A stretch of DNA of 64,000 bases from Synechococcus sp. AG-679-D13. GTDB taxonomy: Bacteria > Cyanobacteriota > Cyanobacteriia > PCC-6307 > Cyanobiaceae. Position numbers and translations under genes: made by a program. The stretch is from NCBI GenBank assembly GCA_003210735.1, contig QCUM01000007.1, positions 2,745 to 66,744 on the forward strand. Reading direction: 5' to 3'. The notes under the pieces were generated by a model, which worked only from the letters and a program-made list of their open reading frames with translations, was not told the DNA's origin and made no database searches. Positions 23,278 to 34,588 of the stretch are shown here, piece after piece; the stretch's first letter is position 1; each line of letters begins with the position of its first letter.

Positions 23278-25011
23278 CACAGGGGCTGAACAGGTTGTGA
23301 GTTGGATCCAGTCTGACCTTTCGCGGCGACCGCTGTGCACGCGGACTTGAGCGGGGTTGGCTCAATCGGCATCTCAATTCCAGCGGCCTCAGGTTTCTGA
23401 GACGGCAACACGTTGGTAGGGCAGGCAATCAACGCATCAAGGCCTGTGCGACGTCGCAATTCAGCCAGGTTGGTGTTGTACTGACGAATCGCCTGGGCGT
23501 AGCCAATTTCAGCGCTGGTGAGATCCCTCTGGTTATCAACCACCTCCCGCTGGGCGCTCACCCCGGCTTGGACGCGCAATTGGGATAACCGCAGCGACTC
23601 GCGGGACGAGATCACTTCGCTGGAGGTTGTTTCGATGCTTTGGATCGCAGCACGCAAGCCAACAAAACTCTCTTCCACCTCGAAGCGGATCAGGTCGCGG
23701 GTTGCGGCGAAATTTTGCTCACTTTCCTCAGCGGCCTGCTTGAAGCGACGGTATTCAGCTCGGGCTCTGCCACCGTCAAACAGTCTCCAGGTTGCCGTTA
23801 GCGCTGTTGAGTTATCCACTCCCCATCGATAGTCGCCCATATCGATGTCTCCAATGGAGGTTCGATTGGATTGACCTTCAACGCGAAAGGTATTGCTGCT
23901 GTTGACAAAGCTGAGAACAGGCTGCACTGCAGCCAGCGACGCATTCGCCTGACTATTCGCAATGGAGACATCCAGGATCAACTGATCCAGCTCTTCCCGA
24001 AATTGATAGGCCGCGGTGATGCTCTCTTGCAATGACGATTCCCAGAGTCCAAGGGGTTTTGCCGGTGTTGCCGCAGTAGGGGTCACATCCTGGGGAAGAT
24101 CCATCAACCGAGCAAGATTGCGGCGATTGAGTTCCTGAGTTGTCAGACGATCAGTAAGCAGTCTCCTGTCTCGAGCTAACTGGGTTTCGGCTTCCAAAAC
24201 CTCCAGCTTTGTGTTGACACCTGCGTTGTAGCGGGCCCGTGCATCGCGCAGGCTGATCAGAGAAGCACGGACTGAATCCTGACCAATGCGCACCCCTTCA
24301 TCAGACTCCTGAAGGCGGAAATAGGACGTAGCAGCCTGAAGGCGCAAGTCTCTTAACGCGATTCTGTAGGCATCACGAACCCGCTCATAGCTGTCTCGAG
24401 CAGCGGCGATCTGAGGAACACGGGCTGGGTTGATCAGATCCCATGAGACACGCAGATTTGCACCAACCCGCCACTCACGGCCATAGGTCTCCCTGGAGGG
24501 ATCGGGCTGAAGAATCGACGAAGTGACGAACTTTGGATTGCGGTAGGTGTACGACTTGAAATATTCCGGCAAACCGTTGGCCGACAAATCAACGGTGGGA
24601 TACCAGGAGGAAATGGCAGAACGAAGAGAAGCTTTGGCTTGCTCTTCCTGATTGGCCACAGCTTTGAGCGTTGGGCTGTTGACTTCAGCGATTTGAAGTG
24701 CTTCTTCCAGGGTGAGGGGCCTGAGCTCTTTGATCCGCACCTGTTCCGGCTGATCCGGAAGCGACATCGTGGGGGGGGGCTGCAAGATCACCCACTGAAT
24801 CTGAAAGGTCGGTCCCGGCCGGTGTCAGGGTTGCCGGATCAACTCTGGGACGACCACCTTTGAGATCAACAGCACTCGGGAGCGTGGTCTGGTCGGTCCG
24901 TGACTCAGGAAGAACAACATTCGCGGGATCTGCGTCCTGCCCACTGACTGGAACTCCTGATGCGGCGACAACGCCAGTAGCCAGAACAACGGTGGCAGCG
25001 ATCCGGCGCAC
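23274..25011 (-). pseudogene. tolC: TolC-family outer membrane efflux protein, frameshifted (+1) in a C9 run at 24771-24779 as assembled
   Basis: The signal-peptide ORF (25011-24685) and the OEP-domain ORF (24791-23274) join into ...DLAAPP-TMSLPDQPEQ... if one C is removed; two OEP repeats (LTLEEAL..., ARYNAGV.TKLEVLEAE, LRVQAGVSAQREVVD). Confidence 0.85.
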
Positions 25012-25049
25012 AACACTTCAACGATTTGCCGGAGCTTAGGGACTTTTTC

Positions 25050-26435
25050 CTAGTCGGAACCCAACGCTGCGGCCACGATGTCAGCCGCCCCATGCACGAT
25101 GCGCACCGGCACAGGGAGCGATTCCTGAAGTTGCTCCAGGGTGACGTCGTCAAGAAAGACGGGTTGTCCTTGCCGAAGCATCACGGAAGGCAGCAACAAC
25201 TCATCACCGAGGTCCAGCCCATCAAGCCCTTTGAGCAGGTCTTCCCCTGTGAGCAGGCCTGTCACAACCTGATCCTGTCCCCAGTAAGGGCTGGGGAGGC
25301 CCAGCAACTGAACCTCCAAACCATGAATGGCGCATAAACGGTCCGTGACCGGACGAAGAGCTGAGGCGACAATCCGACCCACAACCCAGCTGCAACGCCG
25401 TGGCTGATCAACTCGTTCGGGCAGGGTCCGGGTGGCGTCATCCAACGCCTCAAGGAAGGCGCGGATCGTTCCAACCCCATTCTCCTGCTGCGGCAGATCT
25501 TCGTAATCAAGACGTGGCGGCAATGGCAAGCCTGCGATCAGATACCACTCATCCGACAACCAGGCGAAACGCGTGCCCAGGGACTGTTGAAACTCCTGTT
25601 GCAGGATCTCCACCTGATCGATCACGGTTCGAGCACAGGCAGGACTCACAGGAACCAAGCCATCGTCGGGGGGACGAAAACGAGTCAGCCCCACCGGCAC
25701 CACCGCCGCTGAAAGCACTGCGGGCCAATCTCCTCTCCCATGGGATGCCAGATCCCGCAGGCTCCGCTCCAGAGCTGCCCCATCATTGAGACCGGGGCAA
25801 ACCACCACTTGGGCGTGAACCTGAAGGTCTCGTTCTCCAAACCAGGACAGTTGCTGCATCAGCAGACCAGCCCTGGGGTTCACCAAAAGGCGCTCTCGCA
25901 ATTTCGGCTCAGTGGCATGCACCGAGACATAGAGAGGAGACAGCCGCTGTTGATCGATGCGCTGCCAATCGGCCTCCGTCAGGTTGGTGAGGGTGAGATA
26001 GGAGCCGTAAAGGAAGCTGAGCCGATAGTCGTCGTCCTTTAAATAAAGGCTGTGCCGGTGGCCGGGAGGCTGCTGATCGATGAAGCAAAAAGGACAGTGG
26101 TTGTTGCACTGCCTCAAGCCATCAAAGAGGGCCTCCGTGAAGCCAAGACCCAGACCATCATCGGCATCCTTCTCCAGATCCACCTGATGCAACTCGCCTG
26201 AGGCGTCGCGCACCTCCAGGTGAAGCTCCTCGCTAACACAGAGATATCGGTAATCAATGAGATCACGCGGGCGAACGCCGTTGATGCTCATCAGCTGATC
26301 GCCGGGTTCGAACCCGAGCTCCTCTCCGATCGACCCCTGCTCAACCTGATCCACAACCGCAGGCTGCGGCTGACGGGTCACGGAACCGGATTCGATCGCC
26401 GACACCGAGATGCCTGCGGAGGGCTCATTCCACAC
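25050..26435 (-). CDS. PDZ + radical-SAM-like Fe-S protein (TIGR03279/DUF512 family)
   Basis: N-terminal PDZ; CNNHCPFC cluster motif; LYLKDDDYRLSFLYGSYLTLTN. Confidence 0.9.
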   Translation of the reverse strand: MWNEPSAGISVSAIESGSVTRQPQPAVVDQVEQGSIGEELGFEPGDQLMSINGVRPRDLIDYRYLCVSEELHLEVRDASGELHQVDLEKDADDGLGLGFTEALFDGLRQCNNHCPFCFIDQQPPGHRHSLYLKDDDYRLSFLYGSYLTLTNLTEADWQRIDQQRLSPLYVSVHATEPKLRERLLVNPRAGLLMQQLSWFGERDLQVHAQVVVCPGLNDGAALERSLRDLASHGRGDWPAVLSAAVVPVGLTRFRPPDDGLVPVSPACARTVIDQVEILQQEFQQSLGTRFAWLSDEWYLIAGLPLPPRLDYEDLPQQENGVGTIRAFLEALDDATRTLPERVDQPRRCSWVVGRIVASALRPVTDRLCAIHGLEVQLLGLPSPYWGQDQVVTGLLTGEDLLKGLDGLDLGDELLLPSVMLRQGQPVFLDDVTLEQLQESLPVPVRIVHGAADIVAAALGSD

Positions 26436-26453
26436 AGCGGGAAGGTATTTCCT

Positions 26454-27317
26454 TCAGTTTGAGACGTCGAGCAACCACCAGACCAGCAGCACAGCTCCAA
26501 ACAGCAATCGATAGGCCACAAAAATCCAAGTGCTGTGGCGTTGCAGAAACTTGAGCAGCCAGTCGATGGCCAGCCATGACACGACTGCCGCGGAAACGAT
26601 GCCGGTAAGAAGAGGCCAAGGCCCCGTCTCTGCGCTGACCGCAAAGGCCTGATTGAGCTCAACGATGCCGGCAATGCTGATTGCCGGCACACCTAATAAA
26701 AAAGAAAACCGAGCCGCATCGGCCCGTTGCCAGCCATCAAAGAGCGATGCCGTCAGGGTGCTTCCTGAACGAGACACCCCGGGGATCAGGGCCAGCATCT
26801 GAGCCAGGCCCACGATCAGGCCGTCCCGCCCGGAGACATCCGCCAGCTTCTTTTGACGCGTGCCAAGACGTTCGGCAAGAGCCAGCAGCAAGGCCATCAC
26901 GATTGAGACCATGGCAATGAAAGGGACGCTGCGCAGTGGAGATGTTTCATATCCCTCAGACCAAAACAATTTGATCAGTAACCCCACGAGCAGAATGGGA
27001 ATCGTGCCAACGACCATGGCGACTCCCAGACGTGCTTCCGGTTCCCGCCACTGCCCATGGCGAAAGGCTTTGCCGATCCCCTTCAGCACCTGTAGGAGAT
27101 CGGATCTAAAATATGCGATCACCGCTGCAATGCTGCCGAGTTGAATCGCGGCGGTCACGGATACACCGGGATCACCCCAGCCGAGAAGCACCGGAACGAC
27201 CTTGAGATGGGCTGTGCTGCTGATGGGCAGAAACTCTGTCAGTCCCTGCACGATTCCCAGGACAAGATTTCGCCAACAAGCCTCCATGAGACTGAGCGAG
27301 GCGGCCGGATCTGGCAT
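26454..27317 (-). CDS. uppP: Undecaprenyl-diphosphate phosphatase
   Basis: GIVQGLTEFLPISSTAHL and LIPGVSRSGST motifs; start uncertain. Confidence 0.95.
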   Translation of the reverse strand: MPDPAASLSLMEACWRNLVLGIVQGLTEFLPISSTAHLKVVPVLLGWGDPGVSVTAAIQLGSIAAVIAYFRSDLLQVLKGIGKAFRHGQWREPEARLGVAMVVGTIPILLVGLLIKLFWSEGYETSPLRSVPFIAMVSIVMALLLALAERLGTRQKKLADVSGRDGLIVGLAQMLALIPGVSRSGSTLTASLFDGWQRADAARFSFLLGVPAISIAGIVELNQAFAVSAETGPWPLLTGIVSAAVVSWLAIDWLLKFLQRHSTWIFVAYRLLFGAVLLVWWLLDVSN

Positions 27318-27435
27318 CAATGAGGCACCCATCACGGCAAACCTTATTCCTGGCAAAACGTTCCATCCGGTGATTGGGAGCACAAGGATCGGAAAGGTCT
27401 TCTAAGGTTTCGGCACTTTCTTCACATTCGCGGCG

Positions 27436-28131
27436 TTGATCGGAGGCACCTGGCAATCAACAGCCCCCGATCGCTCCTGGAGTTGGTCGGTTCCACGCAT
27501 TGCGGCCGCAATGGTGGTGTTGCCGGTGTTTCTGCAGGCTCCATGGGTGCGTCTGCATCCATTTAGTGCCGCCGTCTTCACCACTGTTCTCGTTGCCGTC
27601 GGAGTTGTTCTCGGCAGCAGCACAGATGAGCAGCGCAATGCTCTTGGGCAGCTACTCGTGGGATTCAGCGGCAGCTGGCTGGCGGGTTGCGTGTTCTGGG
27701 GCTGGCTCAGAGCCCATCCTGTGTTGCACCTCCCAGTTGAAGCCTTTGCACTGCCGCTGGCAATGACTGGCTTGAACGGTCGCTGGCGCCTGGCCTGCAG
27801 CTTCTATCTCTCCTCCCTGATCGGGACTGCATGCACCGATCTGATGATGGCCCTCACCGGTGTGATGAAGTTCTGGCCTTCGGTGGTGACGGCGCCATTC
27901 GATGAAGCACCCGAGCTGCTGCACAACGCTGGAATGCAGCTTCTTCACCCCTTCCAACTCGTGGGCCTCGCCCTCGCCGCGGCAGTGATCATCGGATTGG
28001 GACAGCGACTCAGAATGACTGGAGAAAATTGGGAAATGGCTGGAGCTGTTCTTGTGACCACGGTTTGGGTGGATGGATTGTTTCTGTTAACAGCCCTGCT
28101 GCAACCGGGCTTGAGCGGGCTCATCGAATAA
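27436..28131 (+). CDS. Cyanobacterial membrane protein (DUF3120-like)
   Basis: PVFLQAPWVR and FWGWLR.HP.LHLPVEA motifs; multi-TM; upstream of psbU. Confidence 0.75.
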   Translation: MIGGTWQSTAPDRSWSWSVPRIAAAMVVLPVFLQAPWVRLHPFSAAVFTTVLVAVGVVLGSSTDEQRNALGQLLVGFSGSWLAGCVFWGWLRAHPVLHLPVEAFALPLAMTGLNGRWRLACSFYLSSLIGTACTDLMMALTGVMKFWPSVVTAPFDEAPELLHNAGMQLLHPFQLVGLALAAAVIIGLGQRLRMTGENWEMAGAVLVTTVWVDGLFLLTALLQPGLSGLIE

Positions 28132-28245
28132 CAGCCAACGATCAAGTGAAACGAACTGCAACCGCTGGCAGAAAGGGCCAAGACCCAAGGCACTTCACTT
28201 GTAATCTGCCCAGTGTTCCGATCCGATCCCTGACGGAGAGCTGAG

Positions 28246-28653
28246 ATGAAGCGGCTGCTGAGCTGGCTGACCGGTGTTCTTGTGATGGCAGGCCTTATGG
28301 CGTGCCTTGCTGTTCCTGCGAGCGTTCAAGCCGACCAGGACCTGGTGGGCAAGTACTCCGGAAATGAGATCCGCAACGTTGCGGACGACAAAATTGCCGA
28401 ACGCGACGGCAAAGTGGACCTGAACAATTCGTCAGTGCGCCGCTTCCAGCAATTCCCAGGGATGTATCCGACCATGGCTGGGAAAATCGTTCTGGGTGGT
28501 CCCTACAACAGTGTGGATGAAGTGCTCAAGATCGATCTGAGCGACCGGCAGCGTGAGCTTTTTGAGAAGTATCGGGAGAATTTCACGGTGACTCCTCCCT
28601 CCGTCGCCCTTAATGAAGGTGACGACCGTATCAATGACGGTCAGTACCGCTGA
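28246..28653 (+). CDS. psbU: Photosystem II 12 kDa extrinsic protein
   Basis: Signal peptide; KVDLNNSSVRRFQQFPGMYPTMAGKIV; GDDRINDGQYR. Confidence 0.96.
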   Translation: MKRLLSWLTGVLVMAGLMACLAVPASVQADQDLVGKYSGNEIRNVADDKIAERDGKVDLNNSSVRRFQQFPGMYPTMAGKIVLGGPYNSVDEVLKIDLSDRQRELFEKYRENFTVTPPSVALNEGDDRINDGQYR

Positions 28654-28683
28654 GCGATCAGCGACCTAACCGCTGTCCTTCCG

Positions 28684-28713
28684 AAGCCGCCGGACACTCC
28701 GGCGGCTTTTTTT
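28684..28713 (+). terminator. Rho-independent terminator after psbU
   Basis: AAGCCGCCGG-ACACT-CCGGCGGCTT hairpin followed by a T-tract. Confidence 0.85.
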
Positions 28714-28723
28714 GACAGAACGC

Positions 28724-30376
28724 ATGACGACCAACCCCAGCCATCAACCCATTGATCCCTGTGCATGGGATGTGGTGGTGATTGGTGCAGGGGCTGCAGG
28801 CCTGATGACCTGTCTTGAACTGCCGGCGGGCCTCAACGTGTTGCTGCTGAATCGCAACACCGGTCGCCGCTCATCAAGCCGATGGGCCCAGGGTGGAATC
28901 GCTGCGGTGACGCGTCCAGACGACAGCATCGCCAGCCATGCCGACGACACACGGCGGGCTGGCAACGGACTGTGCGACGAGGATGCTGTTTCGCTTCTCG
29001 TGGAGGAAGCTCCACGGGCGGTGGAACGGCTTCAAAAACTGGGAATGGCCTTCGACCGCGATGGCGATCGCCTGGCCACAACCCTGGAGGCAGCCCACAG
29101 CCATCGAAGGGTGCTGCATGTGCAAGACCGCACGGGTCTGGCACTGGTGGACGTCTTGCGTGAACGGGTTGAACATCGGCCAGGTTTGCTGCACCGGCGA
29201 GGAGTTCGGGTGACCCGGCTGCTGGTGCAGCAAGGGCGCTGCTGTGGCGTTCAAGTGCTGGATGGTCCGCATTTACAGGAAATCCCTGCCCGTGCAGTGG
29301 TCCTCGCCAGCGGTGGGGGAGGCCATCTGTTTGCCAACACCACCAACCCTGCTCAGGCCTGCGGCGAGGGCATTGCCCTCGCCTGGGACGCCGGGGCTTC
29401 CGTGGAAGATCTCGAATTCGTGCAGTTCCACCCCACGGCGCTGCGACTGGATGATGCACCGTGCTTCCTGATCTCGGAGGCGGTGAGGGGCGAAGGGGGC
29501 GTGCTGGTTGATGCCCGGGGGGGAAGTCCGGTGGACCATCTGCCCCAGCGCGATCTGGCACCACGCGATCAGGTGAGTCGCGCTCTGCTGCGAAGCATGC
29601 AGGAACAGGGTATGGACCAGATGTGGCTCGACTTCTCTGCCATCCCTAGGGACAAGGTGGAAGCACGCTTCCCCACGATCCTGGATCGATGCGATGAATT
29701 CGGCCTGAACCCGCTGGAACACCCCATCCCCGTTGCCCCAGCGGCTCACTACTGGATGGGTGGTGTCGCCACAAACCTGCAGTCCGCCACGGACTTACCC
29801 GGGCTGTACGCCGTCGGCGAAACGGCCTGCACCGGCGTTCATGGCGCCAACCGCCTAGCCAGCAACTCCCTGATGGAATGCCTGGTGTTCGCCCATCGAC
29901 TGGCCGAGATCGACCTGGGGCCTCCCCCCGCTGCAGCTCGCGTTCCTGCCAAAACAAGCTCCTGCAGTGACGGGCTGGTGAGCGGCGTCACCAGCGGTGA
30001 ACTCATGGAGCGGATTGAACATTTGCGGCTGCTCTGCTGGCAGCGTGCCGGTGTGGACCGCTCTGTTCACGGCATGAGCACTGCCCTCCGCGAGATCAGT
30101 GCTCAACAGCAATGGCTTGAAGGCCAGCCCCTGCTCAACGCCCTGAAGCAGGGACCATCGCTACTCGCTGACGGGACTCGCCGAGACCTGAACCTGTTAC
30201 TCGACTACCGCCATCGCTTGCTGACCAGCTGCTTGATGCTGAAGGCCTGCCTGTTCCGTCAGGAAAGCCGTGGCGGGCATTTCCGCAGCGATGCTCCCGT
30301 CTCTTTGCCGCAGTGGCAGTGTCACTCCCGGCAGAACCGAGCCCAGGGGCCGCACACCCGGGCCGTGCGGCGCTGA
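28724..30376 (+). CDS. nadB: L-aspartate oxidase
   Basis: GAGAAG, AQGGIAA, EFVQFHPT, LISEAVRGEG, HGANRLASNSLME and ESRGGHFR motifs. Confidence 0.95.
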   Translation: MTTNPSHQPIDPCAWDVVVIGAGAAGLMTCLELPAGLNVLLLNRNTGRRSSSRWAQGGIAAVTRPDDSIASHADDTRRAGNGLCDEDAVSLLVEEAPRAVERLQKLGMAFDRDGDRLATTLEAAHSHRRVLHVQDRTGLALVDVLRERVEHRPGLLHRRGVRVTRLLVQQGRCCGVQVLDGPHLQEIPARAVVLASGGGGHLFANTTNPAQACGEGIALAWDAGASVEDLEFVQFHPTALRLDDAPCFLISEAVRGEGGVLVDARGGSPVDHLPQRDLAPRDQVSRALLRSMQEQGMDQMWLDFSAIPRDKVEARFPTILDRCDEFGLNPLEHPIPVAPAAHYWMGGVATNLQSATDLPGLYAVGETACTGVHGANRLASNSLMECLVFAHRLAEIDLGPPPAAARVPAKTSSCSDGLVSGVTSGELMERIEHLRLLCWQRAGVDRSVHGMSTALREISAQQQWLEGQPLLNALKQGPSLLADGTRRDLNLLLDYRHRLLTSCLMLKACLFRQESRGGHFRSDAPVSLPQWQCHSRQNRAQGPHTRAVRR

Positions 30377-31306
30377 TCAGAACTTTCGATCGCCCTTGTA
30401 GCCACTAAGGTCCGCCAGTTCGGAGAGGGGCTTCACTCCTGAATCAATCTGACCGTTGATCTCCCAACTGGGAAAGCCCGTAAGACCCTTGCTCTTGCAG
30501 AGATCAGCCTGGTTGTTGCGGCCATCAGGAGCACACTCCACCACCTGCAACTGATCGCTTGCCTGCTTGCCAAACAGCTCTTTCTGTTCATGGCAGTGGG
30601 GGCACCAATAGGCTGAATACATCACAGCTCCGCCCGCGGTGAGGTGATCGGCAAGTTCCACAGCCGCTGGAGTGCTGACACCGGTCACCGTGGGGGAAAC
30701 CCCCTGACCGGTCACGGAAGCCTCGGGCCGTTCTGGATCGACAACGGAAGCCCAGATCAAGCCGCCCATCAACACCGCCAGAGCCAGAAGGATGCCCCGG
30801 AACAACAACGGGCCGGGATCATCCCAGCCACCACCGATCACGGAGAGAACGAACATCAGCAGCGACAAGGCTGCTGAGAGAACGCAAAAGAAGCAGAAGG
30901 CCTGAATTTTCAGCACCATCAGCCCCAGCAGCACTCCGCTGAACACGGCCATGCCGAGCGACAGGCTGAACAGACCCCACCAGGTGCGGCGCGACAGATC
31001 GGCTTTATTCTCCTGCAGGCCCGGCAACAGGGGCAGCAGAGCCAGGAGCAGCACCGCCCCATAGGCCAGCAAGCCCAGCAGCGACAGAGGGATACTGCCG
31101 AACAAGGTTCCCCAGGCGCTATTGAGCACCTTGTCGCATCCATCCGCGCCCATCGGGCAGCTGAGGTTGCCCAGCAAACCCCAGCGTTTGAGGGTGATTG
31201 AGCCAGTGTCGATCACACCCACGGTGGCCAGCACAGCCATGGCAATCCGGGCCCACTTGGCACCGGGATCCTGACGACGACGACTGACGAGACGGCTAGT
31301 GCCCAT
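30377..31306 (-). CDS. VKOR-thioredoxin fusion (thylakoid disulfide formation)
   Basis: VKOR domain with C..GCDKVLNS and CFFC; thioredoxin-like WCPHC domain. Confidence 0.92.
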   Translation of the reverse strand: MGTSRLVSRRRQDPGAKWARIAMAVLATVGVIDTGSITLKRWGLLGNLSCPMGADGCDKVLNSAWGTLFGSIPLSLLGLLAYGAVLLLALLPLLPGLQENKADLSRRTWWGLFSLSLGMAVFSGVLLGLMVLKIQAFCFFCVLSAALSLLMFVLSVIGGGWDDPGPLLFRGILLALAVLMGGLIWASVVDPERPEASVTGQGVSPTVTGVSTPAAVELADHLTAGGAVMYSAYWCPHCHEQKELFGKQASDQLQVVECAPDGRNNQADLCKSKGLTGFPSWEINGQIDSGVKPLSELADLSGYKGDRKF

Positions 31307-31391
31307 CTGGACCGTTCAAGTGGACCGAATTCTGTCAGTTCTGATGGGTTTGCACCTCTCCGTAGGGTGAGTACGGCCTGCCGGCACAGTG

Positions 31392-32768
31392 ATGACGAGC
31401 ACATCAACGCGACCGACTGTCGCGTTCGCCCATCTGGGCTGCGAAAAAAACCGTGTGGACACCGAGCACATGGTGGGGCTGCTAGCTGAAGCCGGCTATG
31501 GCGTGAGCACTGATGAAAGCGATGCATCAGTGGTTGTGGTCAACACCTGCAGCTTCATCCAGGACGCCCGCGAGGAATCGGTGCGCACTCTGGTGGGCCT
31601 GGCAGAGCAGGGGAAAGAACTAATCATTGCCGGCTGCCTAGCCCAGCATTTCCAGGAGGAGCTGCTGGATTCAATCCCGGAGGCCAAGGCGATCGTCGGC
31701 ACCGGCGACTATCAGCACATCGTGGATGTGCTGGCACGGGTTGAGGCCGGCGAACGCGTGAATCAGGTGAGCGCCATGCCCACCTTCGTGGGGGATGAAC
31801 ACCTGCCGCGGCAACGCACCACCGATGAGGCCGTGGCCTTCCTCAAGGTGGCCGAAGGCTGCGATTACCGCTGCGCCTTCTGCATCATTCCCAAGCTGAG
31901 GGGAAAGCAGCGGAGCAGACCGATCGAATCGATCGTGGCGGAAGCCCATCAACTGGCAGAACAGGGCGTGCAGGAGCTCATCCTGATCAGCCAGATCACA
32001 ACCAACTACGGACTCGACCTCTACGGCAAACCAAAACTGGCGGAACTGCTGAGAGCCCTTGGGGAGGTGGAGATTCCCTGGATTCGGGTGCATTACGCCT
32101 ACCCCACCGGTCTCACCCCCGAAGTGCTCGCCGCTTACCGCGACGTGCCCAATGTGGTGCCCTATCTGGACCTGCCGCTGCAGCACAGCCACCCCGAGGT
32201 ATTGCGAGGAATGAACCGCCCCTGGCAAGCGGACGTGAACGACCGTTTGCTCGATCAGATCCGCGAGCAACTCCCCGATGCGGTGCTGAGAACCACGCTG
32301 ATCGTGGGATTCCCGGGGGAAACGGAGGAGCATTTCCAGCACCTGATGCGATTCCTGGAGCGCCAGCATTTCGATCATGTGGGGGTGTTCACCTTCTCCC
32401 CGGAGGACGGCACCACCGCAGCTGATCTGCCCAACCGTGTGGATCCGGAGGTGGCCCAGGCACGCAAGGATGCGCTGATGGCCCTGCAACAACCGATCTC
32501 AGAACAACGCAACCAAAGCTGGGTCGGTCGCACCGTGGACGTGCTGATCGAGCAGTACAACCCTCAAACAGGAGCAATGGTGGGGAGATGCGCCCGTTTC
32601 GCACCGGAGGTTGACGGCGAAGTACAGGTGCACCCCGGAGACGATGGGCAGCAGGCCGCTCCGGGAACGATGGTGCCGGTTGAGATCACCGGAGCTGATA
32701 TCTACGACTTAAGCGGGCGGATCGTTGGTGCCCGCGCCATGGTGGCAGCAGCAAGAGCCGAGGGTTGA
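31392..32768 (+). CDS. rimO: Ribosomal protein S12 methylthiotransferase
   Basis: [17 protein letters not shown] and [10 protein letters not shown] motifs; TRAM domain APEVDG. Confidence 0.95.
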   Translation: MTSTSTRPTVAFAHLGCEKNRVDTEHMVGLLAEAGYGVSTDESDASVVVVNTCSFIQDAREESVRTLVGLAEQGKELIIAGCLAQHFQEELLDSIPEAKAIVGTGDYQHIVDVLARVEAGERVNQVSAMPTFVGDEHLPRQRTTDEAVAFLKVAEGCDYRCAFCIIPKLRGKQRSRPIESIVAEAHQLAEQGVQELILISQITTNYGLDLYGKPKLAELLRALGEVEIPWIRVHYAYPTGLTPEVLAAYRDVPNVVPYLDLPLQHSHPEVLRGMNRPWQADVNDRLLDQIREQLPDAVLRTTLIVGFPGETEEHFQHLMRFLERQHFDHVGVFTFSPEDGTTAADLPNRVDPEVAQARKDALMALQQPISEQRNQSWVGRTVDVLIEQYNPQTGAMVGRCARFAPEVDGEVQVHPGDDGQQAAPGTMVPVEITGADIYDLSGRIVGARAMVAAARAEG

Positions 32769-33991
32769 CCGTTTTCCCACTTCGACCCGCCCAACAACGC
32801 CAGCTCTTTCTGATCGCATCCGGAGTCAGCACCGCAGGCTCCTTCGCCGGCATCACAGCCAAGGGCTGGATCCTGATGAAAGGGGGTGTTGATCCCTTTG
32901 TGCTGGCGCTGAATTTTGCGGCCCTGTCGCTCCCCACACTGCTGATCAGCGGTCCGGCCGGCGTGCGCACCGATCGTGTGGGGTGTGAGCGGGTGCTGGT
33001 GCAGGCGCAGTGGGCCCTGCTGGCTGCAGCAGGGCTGGGCGCCCTGGCCATACCGCTGCTGGATGGCACTGCGCAGGTGCTGCTGTTGCTGTTCAGCACG
33101 CTGCTGGTTGGAATCGCAGGCGCCTATGAACTCACCGCCCGCAACAAATACTGCTCGATTCTGGTGGAGCAGCCCGAGCGACTGGCGGGCTATCTCACCA
33201 GCTTTTCGGTGGTCTTCAACGTGGGGAAACTGGTGGGACCACCGATCGGTGGCTTGCTGGTGGCGGCGACAGGGCCGGCCTGGGCCTTGGGCATTGATGC
33301 AGCGAGCTACCTATTTCCCATCGCCAGCGTGATGTTCCTGCTGACGCCTGAACGCAGCAGGGAAGTCCGCAGCCAGGCCGGCAGCGACGCCAGCCTGCTC
33401 AGCGCCTGGCGGAACTGCGGCAGCACCCTGCGGGGAGTCCTCTGCCTGACGGCCGCTCTCTGTGTGATCGGCTTCTATCACCCGGGGTTGGCCCCCTTGA
33501 TTGCCTTTGAACAATTAGGGGCGAAACCAACCGATCTGGGCTTGTTCACCAGCGTGCTGGCAGCGGGCAGCATCGTTGGCGGGGTCGTGCTGCAACGCAA
33601 CAGCAGCAGGTTCTGTCAGCGGCCTTTTCTCACCCTTGGGGGATTTGCACTGGTGACCGCCATCGCCCAATTGGGAATGGCAAGAACCACTGGACCTGGC
33701 TTCAGCCTGGCGATGGCGTTTCTGATTGGCGCTGGTACTGCTGGTTTATTGAGCAGTTGCAATCTGATCACCCAGATCGGCTCTCCTCAGGAGATGCGTG
33801 GTCGCATGGCCGGTCTGAGTCAGATTGCCTTTCTCGGAGGTGGCGGGATCAGTGGACTGCTGGCAGCACTGCTGGTGAAGACCACGAGCCTGTCCACAGC
33901 ATTTGGCTTGACAGGTGGTCTCAGTGTTGCTGTTGCCCTGATCTGGATGAGGCAACAGGGCGGCAAAACCCTGCAGCTCAGATCAGGTTGA
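32765..33991 (+). CDS. MFS transporter
   Basis: About 12 hydrophobic helices; GVRTDRVG motif A variant; PQEMRGR. Confidence 0.85.
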   Translation: MTVFPLRPAQQRQLFLIASGVSTAGSFAGITAKGWILMKGGVDPFVLALNFAALSLPTLLISGPAGVRTDRVGCERVLVQAQWALLAAAGLGALAIPLLDGTAQVLLLLFSTLLVGIAGAYELTARNKYCSILVEQPERLAGYLTSFSVVFNVGKLVGPPIGGLLVAATGPAWALGIDAASYLFPIASVMFLLTPERSREVRSQAGSDASLLSAWRNCGSTLRGVLCLTAALCVIGFYHPGLAPLIAFEQLGAKPTDLGLFTSVLAAGSIVGGVVLQRNSSRFCQRPFLTLGGFALVTAIAQLGMARTTGPGFSLAMAFLIGAGTAGLLSSCNLITQIGSPQEMRGRMAGLSQIAFLGGGGISGLLAALLVKTTSLSTAFGLTGGLSVAVALIWMRQQGGKTLQLRSG

Positions 33992-34070
33992 TGCCCTTGA
34001 GCACCTTGGTGAGCACGACTGCTGTGGCCAAGCCAGCGCCCACCAAACCGAGATAAATCGCGACGCCCAT
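33978..34070 (-). CDS. petL: Cytochrome b6f subunit PetL (30 aa, not in the ORF track)
   Basis: Hand translation [30 protein letters not shown], with the typical PetL Y and L+.I.LI end. Confidence 0.8.
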   Translation of the reverse strand: MGVAIYLGLVGAGLATAVVLTKVLKGINLI

Positions 34071-34146
34071 GCGCTTGTTCTTAGTAAGTAACCATTAGAT
34101 CAAAATTGTCCGTTCCACTCACAATCCTGCCCTCATTTCGTCAACA

Positions 34147-34169
34147 CCTGACATCTGTTTGATGTCAGG
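34147..34169 (-). terminator. Hairpin between the DUF4346 gene and petL
   Basis: CCTGACATC-TGTTT-GATGTCAGG perfect 9-bp stem; weak U-tail. Confidence 0.45.
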
Positions 34170-34171
34170 CC

Positions 34172-34579
34172 TCAGTCCTGCGTGTAGCGACGACCATCCT
34201 TGAGACACTGCTCCGCTTTCTGCAACTCACGACCCAGATAAAGCGCATGGTCGAGACGACTCAGCGGATGGGGGCCTTCGCCTTCGGTGAGCTGAATCCC
34301 CACCTGTTTCGCCGTGCGGCCGCGAAACACCGCTGATGGGCGTCGCGGTGAAGTTTCCCCCTTGCAACTCAAGACCTCGCCGGTGTCAGAGTCGCGCGCC
34401 AGCCCTTTTTCATCAATGGTGTTGCCGTAGTGCTCCAGCACCAGCTCGGCTGCATCACGATCCAGCTTGATCAGGAAATATCCGCTGGGATCCAGAGCAA
34501 TAAAGCGCTTTGACAGGCGTTGATCCAGGGCATCAATCGAAGAGGCGATGGATGCCGGTGCTTCCTGGGTTGTGGTCAT
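34172..34579 (-). CDS. DUF4346-family protein
   Basis: LDPSGYFLI and DHALYLGRELQKAE...YTQD motifs. Confidence 0.85.
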   Translation of the reverse strand: MTTTQEAPASIASSIDALDQRLSKRFIALDPSGYFLIKLDRDAAELVLEHYGNTIDEKGLARDSDTGEVLSCKGETSPRRPSAVFRGRTAKQVGIQLTEGEGPHPLSRLDHALYLGRELQKAEQCLKDGRRYTQD

Positions 34580-34588
34580 ACCTTCAAC

